A stretch of 32,000 bases of DNA from Erysipelotrichaceae bacterium. GTDB lineage: Bacteria > Bacillota_I > Bacilli_A > Erysipelotrichales > Erysipelotrichaceae. The stretch spans positions 1,350,001-1,382,000 of the forward strand of contig OY781039.1 of NCBI GenBank assembly GCA_963676105.1, written 5' to 3'. A program made the translations under genes and the position numbers. The notes beneath the pieces are model-generated. The model ran no database searches. It saw only the letters and a program-made list of their open reading frames with translations, and was not told the origin of the DNA. Below, piece after piece: positions 23,372 to 31,949 of this stretch; the first letter of the stretch is position 1, and the number at the start of each line of letters is the position of its first letter.

Positions 23372-25719
23372 TAGGCTTTCCTCTTAATTTCTACTTTCAT
23401 TCGTAAACAGAAGGCCACAGTTTCCTCTGAGATACGATTTAACATATCTTCAAATAAGTTATACCCTTCTTCAACATAAGCTTGTAAAGGCTTGTTTTGA
23501 GCGTAAGAGCGTAAGTGAATACCTTCTCTTAGTTTTGACATTGTATCAATGTGTTCTTGCCAAGAACGATCAACGATAGATAAGACGATATCTTTCTCTA
23601 ATTTAAAGCTAACTTGTTTAAATGGTTCAATCTTAGCTTCATAAGATGCGACAGCTTTATCATATGCAATTTCAATCGCTTCTTCAGTTGTTTTATTTTT
23701 AAGTTCTTCAGCTTTTAAATCAATGTCTGTAAAGTGCATTGTTTCGAGTGACTCTAATAAAGCATTAATATTTAACGCTTCATTTTTACCATTGTATTCA
23801 ACATGTGAATTCACTAAGTTTGTAACAACACGTTTAAACATTTCTACGATAACTGAATGAACATCATCATGTTCTAAGATGAATGAGCGTTGATCATAGA
23901 TCGTTTCACGTTGTTGACGTAAAACATCATCATATTCTAAGAGTGTTTTACGGACATCAAAGTTAACACCTTCAACACGTTTTTGTGCTGAAGAAATAGA
24001 ACGGGTTACCAGTTTAGACTCAACGGCTTGATCACCGAGTTGTTTAAAGACTGATTCATAACGTTCACTACCAAAACGAACCATTAGTTCATCTTGAACA
24101 GAAACAAAGAATCGAGAATAACCAGGATCACCTTGACGACCTGAACGACCACGTAATTGATCATCAATACGACGTGATTCATGTCTTTCTGATCCTAAAA
24201 CCGCTAAACCACCTAATTCTTTAACACCTTCACCCAACTTAATATCAGTTCCTCGACCTGCCATATTGGTTGCAATCGTAATCGCACCTTTTTGACCAGC
24301 CTTGGTAATAATTTCAGCTTCACGGGCATGGTTCTTGGCATTTAAGACTTCATGTTTCAATTTATTTTGTGTGAGTATCTTAGAAATAAATTCTGATGTT
24401 TCAACCGCAATAGTCCCAACTAGGATTGGTTGACCTGCTTCATGACGCTCTTTTATTTCTGCAAGTAATGCTTGAAATTTAGATTTCTTAGTTCCGTAAA
24501 CAGCATCTGGATGATCAATACGAGCAATAGGACGATTGGTTGGAATTTCCACAACACGCATATTGTAGATTGTCATAAATTCTTCTTCTTCAGACTTCGC
24601 TGTTCCTGTCATACCTGATAGTTTTTCATAGAGTCTAAAGTAGTTTTGATAAGTAATGGTCGCCATCGTGGTTGTTTCCTGTTTAATTGGAACACCTTCT
24701 TTGGCTTCAATCGCTTGATGTAGACCATCAGAATAGGAACGCCCTTTTAAAAGACGTCCTGTAAAGGCATCAACAATTACAATTGTTTTATCTTCATCAA
24801 CGATATATTCGACATCCTTTTGCATAATATAGTTCGCCTTTAAAGCTTGATAGATATGGTGAACTAAATGGGTATGAGTAATATCATAGAGGTTATTAAC
24901 CTTAAAAGCTCTCTCAGCTTTCTTTACCCCTTCTTCAGTCAGTTGAGCTAACTTAGATTTAATATCGACTGTATAGCCTTCATCCTCAGTGAGTAACTTA
25001 ACAAATTGGTCAGCTTGTTTATAAAGTTGAGCGGTTTGTTTTTGTCCACCTGAAATAATGAGTGGTGTTCTTGATTCATCAATTAATATGGAGTCAACTT
25101 CATCAATTAAGGCCATGTACAATTTACGTTGTACTCGATCATCAATCTTTTTAACCATGTTATCTCTAAGGTAATCAAAACCAACCTCTGAGTTTGTTGA
25201 GTACATAATGTCACAGTTATAAGCTGCACGTTTTTGTGCTGGATTTAACTTACGCATATTTATGCCAACAGTTAAACCTAAAAATTCATGGATAGCACCC
25301 ATCCACTTCGCATCACGCTCAGCTAAGTATTCATTAACCGTAATAATGTGAACACCTTTAGAACTTAACGCATTTAAATAAACAGGCATAACAGAGGTTA
25401 AAGTTTTACCTTCACCTGTTTTCATTTCAGCGATGTCACCTTGGTGTAAAACAATCCCACCCATGATTTGGACTTCATAGGCTTTTTCACCAATCACTCT
25501 AAAGGCTGCTTCACGTGCAACCGCAAAAGCTTCAGGTAAAAGTTGATCGAGTGTTTCACCATTTTCTAGACGTGTTCTAAATTCGTTTGTTTTTTCTTTG
25601 AGCTGATCATCACTTAAAGCTGCATATTCTTTATCATATGCTTCAACTTCGTGTGCTTGTTTTCGTATTTTTTCTAGACGAGCTTTGTCGCCACTTAAAA
25701 GTTTTTCAATGAAATTCAT
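23371..25719 (-). CDS. secA: preprotein translocase ATPase SecA
   Basis: MKTGEGKTLT Walker A, DEVDSILIDE, TNMAGRGTDI. The start is at ATG 25717-25719 with an AAGGAG RBS. The track extension to 25788 contains the csp terminator. The TAA stop overlaps the prfB ATG (TAATG). Confidence 0.92.
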   Translation of the reverse strand: MNFIEKLLSGDKARLEKIRKQAHEVEAYDKEYAALSDDQLKEKTNEFRTRLENGETLDQLLPEAFAVAREAAFRVIGEKAYEVQIMGGIVLHQGDIAEMKTGEGKTLTSVMPVYLNALSSKGVHIITVNEYLAERDAKWMGAIHEFLGLTVGINMRKLNPAQKRAAYNCDIMYSTNSEVGFDYLRDNMVKKIDDRVQRKLYMALIDEVDSILIDESRTPLIISGGQKQTAQLYKQADQFVKLLTEDEGYTVDIKSKLAQLTEEGVKKAERAFKVNNLYDITHTHLVHHIYQALKANYIMQKDVEYIVDEDKTIVIVDAFTGRLLKGRSYSDGLHQAIEAKEGVPIKQETTTMATITYQNYFRLYEKLSGMTGTAKSEEEEFMTIYNMRVVEIPTNRPIARIDHPDAVYGTKKSKFQALLAEIKERHEAGQPILVGTIAVETSEFISKILTQNKLKHEVLNAKNHAREAEIITKAGQKGAITIATNMAGRGTDIKLGEGVKELGGLAVLGSERHESRRIDDQLRGRSGRQGDPGYSRFFVSVQDELMVRFGSERYESVFKQLGDQAVESKLVTRSISSAQKRVEGVNFDVRKTLLEYDDVLRQQRETIYDQRSFILEHDDVHSVIVEMFKRVVTNLVNSHVEYNGKNEALNINALLESLETMHFTDIDLKAEELKNKTTEEAIEIAYDKAVASYEAKIEPFKQVSFKLEKDIVLSIVDRSWQEHIDTMSKLREGIHLRSYAQNKPLQAYVEEGYNLFEDMLNRISEETVAFCLRMKVEIKRKA

Positions 25720-25770
25720 TGCATATACTCCTTTATAATCCACAAGTATTGTAGCATTTAAACACCAATA

Positions 25771-25800
25771 CAAAAAGGTTGACCGCATAGGCCAACCTTT
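25771..25800 (-). terminator. intrinsic terminator after csp
   Basis: On the minus strand: AAAGGTTGGCC-tatgc-GGTCAACCTTTTT, an imperfect stem followed by a T-run. Confidence 0.6.
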
Positions 25801-25812
25801 ATGATTTTTATG

Positions 25813-26010
25813 TTATAGTTTTACGATGTTGCGAGCTTGAAGTCCACGATCAGTTTCAACCATATCAAATTCAACTTCTTCGCCTTCTTCGATAGTTTTG
25901 AAACCTTCCATCTTTAACTCAGAGTAATGGAAGAATACGTCTTTGTCATCAGCTAATTTGATGAAGCCGTAGCCTTTCTCTTTGTTAAACTTTTTAATCT
26001 TACCTTGCAT
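25813..26010 (-). CDS. cold-shock protein, CspA family
   Basis: 65 aa with the RNP1-like motif KGYGFI and the RNP2-like motif VFFHYS. Confidence 0.9.
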   Translation of the reverse strand: MQGKIKKFNKEKGYGFIKLADDKDVFFHYSELKMEGFKTIEEGEEVEFDMVETDRGLQARNIVKL

Positions 26011-26061
26011 TAAATAATATCCTATGCCTTTCCCGTAATGAAATACACATCACATGCATAA

Positions 26062-26089
26062 ATAATAGCATAAACGAAAAATATTGCAA
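26062..26089 (-). promoter_or_regulatory. candidate csp promoter
   Basis: On the minus strand: TTGCAA (26089-26084), 16-nt spacer, TATTAT (26067-26062), leaving a 5'UTR of about 45 nt. Confidence 0.4.
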
Positions 26090-26764
26090 TCATATCAAAT
26101 TATCCTTATTTAGCCAGTATGGATGGATACAACAGACCATACAGTCAATTGAGCTTGAATGTGCTTTCAATAATTGTATACACGCTTTTAATGTTTCACC
26201 TGTTGTACAGATATCATCAATCAAAACGATTGGCCCATAATTGATTGACTCATCTCTTAAACGAATGTGCTTCGATATCTCTGTTCTGTCTTTTTTCCCT
26301 CCTTGTGATTGTTTGATATCATCTTTTTCAAAAGCGTCTACTATATCTATACGCAGACAAGCAAACATTTCCTTAAGCGCATGGTATTTTCTTTCTTTTG
26401 TTTTCCTTTGTGAACTTGGAACCATAATTACGGTCTTGTTTTTAAACTGTCGTCGTAGCTTATATATATAAGGATAGACAAAAACCTTTGCCATTGTAAT
26501 ATCATGGGCTTCTTTTATCTGCATCATCCACCGACTGGCTTGATCATTATAGATATATAATGCTTTAACTTTTACACCTTCTATTTCTATTGTTTTATGA
26601 TTCTTTTCAAGTTTAGATCTACATTTCACACATAGACAATCTTCTTTGAATAATAGTTCATACAAGGTTTCTTGAGTATCCACAGCTTCAAAACAGTTTA
26701 TGCATTGTTGGCTTTTTGTAAGTCTGTGATACATGTCTTGATAGTTTGAGTAAGTTTTGAACAC
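26090..26764 (-). CDS. comFC: ComF family protein (phosphoribosyltransferase domain), ComFC
   Basis: N-terminal Cys pairs (CINC...CVKC) and PRT motif IVLIDDICTTGETL. GTG start at 26764 with RBS GGTGAGGTGA. It overlaps comFA by 67 nt. Confidence 0.8.
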   Translation of the reverse strand: MFKTYSNYQDMYHRLTKSQQCINCFEAVDTQETLYELLFKEDCLCVKCRSKLEKNHKTIEIEGVKVKALYIYNDQASRWMMQIKEAHDITMAKVFVYPYIYKLRRQFKNKTVIMVPSSQRKTKERKYHALKEMFACLRIDIVDAFEKDDIKQSQGGKKDRTEISKHIRLRDESINYGPIVLIDDICTTGETLKACIQLLKAHSSSIDCMVCCIHPYWLNKDNLI

Positions 26765-27792
26765 AGAAAGATCACCTCACCTTCTGGATAATTAAATTTA
26801 CGACCAACCCGTCCAGCTATTTGAATGAGTGATGCTAAATTAAATACAGGATGATTAGCTTCTACTATAAGCACTTGTACATTTGAAAAGGTTACCCCTC
26901 TTTCTAGAACTGTTGTACAAACTAAATATTTACTTAGTCCTTCTTTAAATTGCTTTATCTTTTGATCCAAATCTTTATCACTCGCATAAACAAAGGGTAT
27001 TTTAAGTAGTAAACTTATTCTTTTCCCCAATTTTATAGATGGCACAAAAATGAGTGTAGGTTTGTCTTGTTTGTTTAAGTATTGTCTTAACCATAGTATT
27101 TGTATAACTCTATTAAATCGATGTACTTGAGGAACAGGCAAAGGATAGCCATGTGGACGTTTAAAGAGTTGAATACGTTCTTGTGTTATTCTTTCAACTT
27201 TATCATCAGGTGTTGCGGTTAAATAAATCCTGACACCCTTGCAAGCTTGCTGGGCAAAACCTTGTAAGACAGGATCATTACTATAAGGAAAAGCATCTGG
27301 TTCATCAATAATTAAACAATCAAACTGTTTATGAAATCGATAAAGTTGATGTGCCGTTGAAATGATTAATTGTCCTGAAAGATCCTTGGTATAACCTTCA
27401 CAGATGGGTGTCACTTTTAAATGTGGGTAAATAGCTTGATAGCGTTGTGCTAACTCTAGTACAACTTGACGTCTCGCAATCGCTATCCCTACTTTTTTAT
27501 GTTGACTTAAAAAATGACTCATTGTCTCAACAATCAACTCGCTTTTCCCCGCCCCACAAACTGCACGCACTAGTACATTCCCTTTAAGAGATGCTTCATA
27601 AATTTGATGACTAACACGTTTTTGTGTATTGGTTAAGTTGAAATCAAACTGGTCAATAACATCTTTATCAAAACTAAGACTTTCACCTTCTTCTCCTTGA
27701 TAGGCAATACAACGTCGACATTGATAAGCATCATTAAAATAAACAAAATACTTTGGATCATCACATCCACATCTTTCACAAAAGACTTCCAT
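26698..27792 (-). CDS. comFA: competence helicase ComFA (DEAD/DEAH-box)
   Basis: N-terminal zinc finger (CERCGC...CRRC), Walker A AVCGAGKSE, DEPD box (IIDEPDAF), TATP, AGRVGR. Confidence 0.8.
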   Translation of the reverse strand: MEVFCERCGCDDPKYFVYFNDAYQCRRCIAYQGEEGESLSFDKDVIDQFDFNLTNTQKRVSHQIYEASLKGNVLVRAVCGAGKSELIVETMSHFLSQHKKVGIAIARRQVVLELAQRYQAIYPHLKVTPICEGYTKDLSGQLIISTAHQLYRFHKQFDCLIIDEPDAFPYSNDPVLQGFAQQACKGVRIYLTATPDDKVERITQERIQLFKRPHGYPLPVPQVHRFNRVIQILWLRQYLNKQDKPTLIFVPSIKLGKRISLLLKIPFVYASDKDLDQKIKQFKEGLSKYLVCTTVLERGVTFSNVQVLIVEANHPVFNLASLIQIAGRVGRKFNYPEGEVIFLCSKLTQTIKTCITDLQKANNA

Positions 27793-27829
27793 ACCTTATT
27801 TATATGTACACATTTAAATTTTCCCTATA

Positions 27830-27857
27830 TTGACAATCAAGTCTTATTTTTTATACA
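27830..27857 (+). promoter_or_regulatory. candidate sigma-A promoter of the T-box operon
   Basis: TTGACA (27830-27835), 16-nt spacer, TATACA (27852-27857). Confidence 0.5.
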
Positions 27858-27865
27858 CTAGCCAT

Positions 27866-28119
27866 AAGTTAAAACGCAGTGAAGAGAAGAGTAAATTTTG
27901 TTTAACTTAACTAGAGACTCATGACTTGGTGGAAAATGAGAAGTTAATAAAATTGAAGATGGCCTTGGAGTGGTTTAGTCGAATCTTTAGACTAAAACGG
28001 TTGTGTCCGTTAACACACAAAGATTTATATAAATCTTATTGAGTCTTATTTAGTGATAAATAAGAAAAACAAGGTGGTAACACGAATTAGCCCTCGTCCT
28101 TAGTGATAGAGGGCTTTTA
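27866..28119 (+). promoter_or_regulatory. T-box riboswitch leader (specifier GAU/AUG ambiguous) with terminator
   Basis: Stem I elements: AGAGTA at 27888-27893, AGAGA bulge around 27913 and a GGTGGAAA distal loop. The specifier loop reads GAA-GAT-G (27955-27961). Stem II, IIA/B and III hairpins follow. The T-box sequence AACAAGGTGGTAACACG lies at 28068-28084, and the terminator AGCCCTC...GAGGGCT+TTTT at 28089-28119. Confidence 0.8.
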
Positions 28120-28136
28120 TATTGAAAGGATTTATT

Positions 28137-29309
28137 ATGGCAATCACAAAAACATACGCAGAAATTAACGAGAAAATCAAAACAGGCAAAGCGGTCGTTG
28201 TTACCGCAGAAGAAATCATCAAAATTGTTGAAGAAAAAGGCATTGAAGCAGCCACAAAAGAAGTGGATGTGGTCACAACCGCAACTTTTGGACCAATGTG
28301 TTCATCAGGCGCATTCTTAAACTTTGGACACGCGAATCCTGCCATTCGTATGGAAAAGATTCAACTCAATGATGTTGATGCTTATGGAGGATTAGCTGCG
28401 GTTGATACCTACATTGGCGCAACAGCTGAATCTAATACACAAGGTTATCAATATGGTGGAGCACATGTTATATGTGATTTGATTGATGGGAAAGAGGTTC
28501 ATCTAAAGGCAACAGCCAAAGGCACAGACTGTTATCCACGAAAAGAAGTCGATACTTACGTTAAATTAAGTGAGATGAATGAAGCTTATCTATATAATCC
28601 ACGTAATGCATATCAAAACTATGCAGCTGCCATCAATACTTCAAATCGAAGAATATTTACATATATGGGGATCTTAGCGCCTAATAGTAAAGTCGTAAAC
28701 TATTCCACCTCTGGTCAACTAAGCCCACTACTTAATGATCCACTCTATAAAACCATAGGTATGGGAACTCGTATCTTCTTAGCAGGTACTCAAGGTTATG
28801 TATCATGGCGTGGAACTCAATTCAAATCAGGAGTTGATCGTGATGAAAACGATTTACCAAGAGGCGCTGCAGGAACACTTGCTTTAATTGGCGACATGAA
28901 AAAGATGAGTACGAAATACTTACAACCTGCCGTCTTTGAAAAATATGGAACGTCCATGTTTGTGGGGGTTGGTATTCCTATTCCTTTATTAAATGAAGAC
29001 ATCACTAAACATGTTTCCATTAAAGATGAAGATATCTATACGGCTGTACTTGATTATTCTGTTTATGATGGGCCTAAACCTACTTTAAAAGAAGTCTCTT
29101 ATAAAGAACTAAGAAGTGGAAAGATTAACATTGATGGAAAAGACATTAAAACTGCACCAATGTCTTCCCTAAAAAAGGCCCGTGAAATTGCAGATGAACT
29201 GAAATCATGGATTCAAAAAGGAGAATTTTTACTTCAAGAACCGATTGAAACATTTCCAACAGATAATACACTTAATGGTTTAAAGATTAGAAATAAGGGG
29301 GCAAAATAA
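28137..29309 (+). CDS. COG1900/DUF39 homocysteine-biosynthesis-type protein
   Basis: The N-terminus MAITKTYAEINEKIKTGKAVVVTAEE matches my memory of this family. ATG 28137 has an AAAGGA RBS. The TTG at 28122 in the track lies inside the terminator tail. Confidence 0.75.
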   Translation: MAITKTYAEINEKIKTGKAVVVTAEEIIKIVEEKGIEAATKEVDVVTTATFGPMCSSGAFLNFGHANPAIRMEKIQLNDVDAYGGLAAVDTYIGATAESNTQGYQYGGAHVICDLIDGKEVHLKATAKGTDCYPRKEVDTYVKLSEMNEAYLYNPRNAYQNYAAAINTSNRRIFTYMGILAPNSKVVNYSTSGQLSPLLNDPLYKTIGMGTRIFLAGTQGYVSWRGTQFKSGVDRDENDLPRGAAGTLALIGDMKKMSTKYLQPAVFEKYGTSMFVGVGIPIPLLNEDITKHVSIKDEDIYTAVLDYSVYDGPKPTLKEVSYKELRSGKINIDGKDIKTAPMSSLKKAREIADELKSWIQKGEFLLQEPIETFPTDNTLNGLKIRNKGAK

Positions 29310-29710
29310 TGAAACAAACTGTACTCTTTGACTTCCCTAATGAAGAAGTTAAACAACCGATCGTTAATGATTTAATTAAAAACTATAATTTAAACGTTAA
29401 TATTCTTAGAGCCTCCATCGATTACAATGGCCGTGGTTTTCTACTCTCTGAAATTGAAGGGGATGATAAAGTTTTTGATGAAGCTTTAGCTTTTGTAAAG
29501 AAAAGTCATGTCATCGTTAATATCATTGAATCAGCTATTCTTATTGATCGTGATGTTTGTGTTAACTGTGGCGCATGTACATCTGTCTGTCCTGTTGATG
29601 CATTAACGATGGACGATACAGCTACACTTTCTTTTGATTCAAATAAATGTATTGATTGTAAGCTATGTGTAGTAGCTTGCCCAACTAAAGCAATTCGAGA
29701 CATCCTTTAA
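29309..29710 (+). CDS. NIL domain + 2x[4Fe-4S] ferredoxin protein
   Basis: 133 aa. An N-terminal NIL-like ~75 aa is followed by CVNCGACTSVCP and CIDCKLCVVACP. The start ATG overlaps the upstream stop (TAATG). Confidence 0.8.
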   Translation: MKQTVLFDFPNEEVKQPIVNDLIKNYNLNVNILRASIDYNGRGFLLSEIEGDDKVFDEALAFVKKSHVIVNIIESAILIDRDVCVNCGACTSVCPVDALTMDDTATLSFDSNKCIDCKLCVVACPTKAIRDIL

Positions 29711-29713
29711 TTC

Positions 29714-30502
29714 ATGACATACGAAGAAAGAACTTATCGTGATTCAAATAAAAATGAGGGCATGTTAAGGTTTACCCTCATTATTGAAGAATCAGATTTG
29801 CTGATTGTGATGGATCCAGTCGTTGAAGAAGATATTGTTTATACTTATGCAGAAAAAGTTTTGACAAATATACGAGAAGACATTAAATCAATGATTCAAG
29901 AATATCCTCAATTCTATAAAAGCCATTCGCCACTTGAAATTGGTGATGATAAACTGGATCGCATATTCAAACAAACACATATTCATTATCCAGACATGAT
30001 TAAACGCATGCTTGAAGCAAGTACACAAGTAAATGTTGGACCTATGGCTTGTGTGGCAGGTATTACTTCAGAATATCTAGTAAAAGCAATACAAGAAGAG
30101 TTTAATGTCGTAAATATCTTAGCTGAAAACGGCGGAGACATTTATATCGACGGAAGTAGCGATAAAACCATTTCCATCTATGCTGGACAATCACCTTTAA
30201 GTAATCAACTTGCATTAAAGATAAACAAAGAAGATCTACCTACATCAATTTGCACCTCTTCCGGTACGGTTGGTCATTCATTCTCATATGGAAAAGCAGA
30301 TGCGGTTGTTGTGGTATCTAAAGATAGTGCATTAGCTGATGCGAGTGCCACAGCTCTTGCTAATTTTATACAAAAAAAAGAAGATATTAAAGAAGTGATC
30401 AATCAAGCAAGCTCAATTCAAAACTTAAATTCAATTGTCATAATTAAAGATGATCAGATTGGTTATACTCCAAATACTAATTTAATAAAAAGTCCAAAAT
30501 AA
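29714..30502 (+). CDS. UPF0280/COG2122 (ApbE-like) family protein
   Basis: 262 aa with a GPMACVAGITSE motif and a C-terminal SSGTVGHSFSYGKADAV. It starts 3 nt after the NIL-Fer stop. Confidence 0.65.
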   Translation: MTYEERTYRDSNKNEGMLRFTLIIEESDLLIVMDPVVEEDIVYTYAEKVLTNIREDIKSMIQEYPQFYKSHSPLEIGDDKLDRIFKQTHIHYPDMIKRMLEASTQVNVGPMACVAGITSEYLVKAIQEEFNVVNILAENGGDIYIDGSSDKTISIYAGQSPLSNQLALKINKEDLPTSICTSSGTVGHSFSYGKADAVVVVSKDSALADASATALANFIQKKEDIKEVINQASSIQNLNSIVIIKDDQIGYTPNTNLIKSPK

Positions 30503-30520
30503 AGACCACTAATGTGGTCT
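30503..30520. terminator. hairpin between convergent genes
   Basis: AGACCAC-taat-GTGGTCT with T-rich flanks on both strands. Confidence 0.5.
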
Positions 30521-31073
30521 ATTTCTTTGGCCAATCTTTTATTTCTTGTCCTAAAACTAAGTAAGCTTTCTCACTTATATCAGCTAATGGACTATCTGAC
30601 AAAGAATCTGAATAGAATGATTCAATATTCGCATCAGGATATTGTTCCCTAAATCGTTTAACCTTTTCTGCTCCATAACAATTCTCTTGAGAGAATCCTG
30701 TTTTCGCATCAACTCTTGAAGCAATAAGTTTAACACCTAGCTGATCACAGATTGGGTTAAGCAGAACTTCAGGTGACGCTGATATGATGACATCAGACTC
30801 ATCTTTTTGTTTGAGATAAAAATCATTAATTTTTGAAAATCGACTTTCCCAAAATTCTTTTGCATTTTTTTCAACATCAATCATCTTGAAATAGGAATAA
30901 AAAACAATTTTCATTTCTGTTTTTGGGATTAGTTTTAACTTGTATTTAAGTGCTGCTATGGCCATACTTAACCAGTAAATCGAAATACTTGGTTTTCTTT
31001 TTAAGTTATAGAGGTAAAACTCTACTGAACTATCCTGAGGATAGATCGTTTTATCAAAGTCATATACGTTCAT
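30519..31073 (-). CDS. HAD-superfamily hydrolase (HAD-IB-like)
   Basis: DxDxT motif directly at the N-terminus if the start is MNVYDFDKTIY (ATG 31071-31073), plus a C-terminal YSDSLSD motif. The track extension to 31109 lies inside the upstream terminator. Confidence 0.75.
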   Translation of the reverse strand: MNVYDFDKTIYPQDSSVEFYLYNLKRKPSISIYWLSMAIAALKYKLKLIPKTEMKIVFYSYFKMIDVEKNAKEFWESRFSKINDFYLKQKDESDVIISASPEVLLNPICDQLGVKLIASRVDAKTGFSQENCYGAEKVKRFREQYPDANIESFYSDSLSDSPLADISEKAYLVLGQEIKDWPKK

Positions 31074-31095
31074 ACTCGTATTATAACCTATGCAA

Positions 31096-31117
31096 TTAAA
31101 AAGGAGCATGCGCTCCT
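31096..31117 (-). terminator. intrinsic terminator after the ChbG/YdjC gene
   Basis: On the minus strand: AGGAGC-gcat-GCTCCT followed by TTTTTAATT. Confidence 0.7.
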
Positions 31118-31949
31118 ACATAAATTTATACAAATCTTGATAAGTAATTAACTCAATATCATTTTCTTCAATCCACTTTAATAATTCAGGTGAAGTCATC
31201 ATTTGATGGTCACGCATTCTTTCAAGTGATAAAGTCGTCCATTCAAAAAGTTCAGCATCTACATAACCAGGATGCCCCATAATCGCAAACAATTCTTTAT
31301 CTAAAAAATAATCTGCATTATCTAAAACCATTTTTAATGGGTTTTTATTGATTTGAGCTATAGGATCAAAAACCTTTTTATTTAAACTTGAATTACTCAT
31401 ATCTATATTTTTATCTTTCATTAAATCCATAAAAGATACTAAACCAACTTTTTCCCATAGATCCATAGAAAAAGGAAGACCTTCTTCTTCACCCACTTTG
31501 CGAATCGCATCTAAGTAATTTTCATGCATTAATGAGTGTGCATGTAAATAACCAGGTTTTTCACCAACCAATCTTACATACTTATTATATTGTGCTCGAA
31601 TTTCTTTATAGACTTCTTCAAAAGGAAATAATGCTCTTCTTCCTTCTTCAGTTTTAAATTCTTCTTTAGCCATCGTTGTTCCTGACTTAATAAAGTTACC
31701 ATTTTCATCCACTAAATGTGGAATATCTTTTGGATTAGAGACTGATGGACCTGCCACAATATTAAAATCAATACCAAAACAAGCTTGTGGTCTATCTTTT
31801 ATAAAAGATACTGCCCATTCAGCAATTGGCATATTTATGAATATCCCTGTATTTCTTAAGACACCGTTATCAATCGCATCTAAAATCCCGTAGGTGACAG
31901 CTTTTGTAAAACCATAATCATCCCCTTGTGTTAATGCTTTGTTTTTCAT
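31116..31949 (-). CDS. ChbG/YdjC family carbohydrate deacetylase
   Basis: 277 aa. The N-terminal DDYGFTKAVTYGILDAIDNG is the YdjC signature, and there are His-rich metal-site motifs (HAHSLMH, GHPGY). Confidence 0.8.
   Translation of the reverse strand: MKNKALTQGDDYGFTKAVTYGILDAIDNGVLRNTGIFINMPIAEWAVSFIKDRPQACFGIDFNIVAGPSVSNPKDIPHLVDENGNFIKSGTTMAKEEFKTEEGRRALFPFEEVYKEIRAQYNKYVRLVGEKPGYLHAHSLMHENYLDAIRKVGEEEGLPFSMDLWEKVGLVSFMDLMKDKNIDMSNSSLNKKVFDPIAQINKNPLKMVLDNADYFLDKELFAIMGHPGYVDAELFEWTTLSLERMRDHQMMTSPELLKWIEENDIELITYQDLYKFM

Noticed and set aside
25720-25788. The 23-codon N-terminal extension of secA.
   Set aside because: The region contains the csp terminator hairpin (25771-25800). ATG 25719 has an AAGGAG RBS and yields the canonical SecA N-terminus, MNFIEKLL.
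26698-26764. The 67-nt overlap between comFA and comFC read as a frameshifted or fused gene.
   Set aside because: comFC has its own GTG start with a strong GGTGAGGTGA RBS inside the comFA 3' end. Both proteins are full length with intact motifs, so overlapping, coupled genes are the simpler reading.
3693-29703. Short ORFs embedded inside or antisense to larger genes: 3693-3914, 6493-6735, 6875-7087, 10859-11056, 10866-11075, 11911-12153, 12867-13064, 16184-16420, 17048-17242, 17202-17573, 19422-19616, 20538-20738, 21041-21244, 26241-26471, 28100-28345, 28817-29020, 29506-29703.
   Set aside because: Each lies wholly or largely within a well-supported, motif-bearing CDS on the other strand or frame, or runs out across an adjacent terminator or spacer. 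They lack an RBS and have odd amino-acid composition, so they are treated as chance ORFs.
31074-31109. The longer start of the HAD hydrolase, and the TTG start of the COG1900 gene at 28122.
   Set aside because: Both extensions fall inside terminator structures (31096-31117 and 28089-28119). The downstream ATGs give family-typical N-termini.
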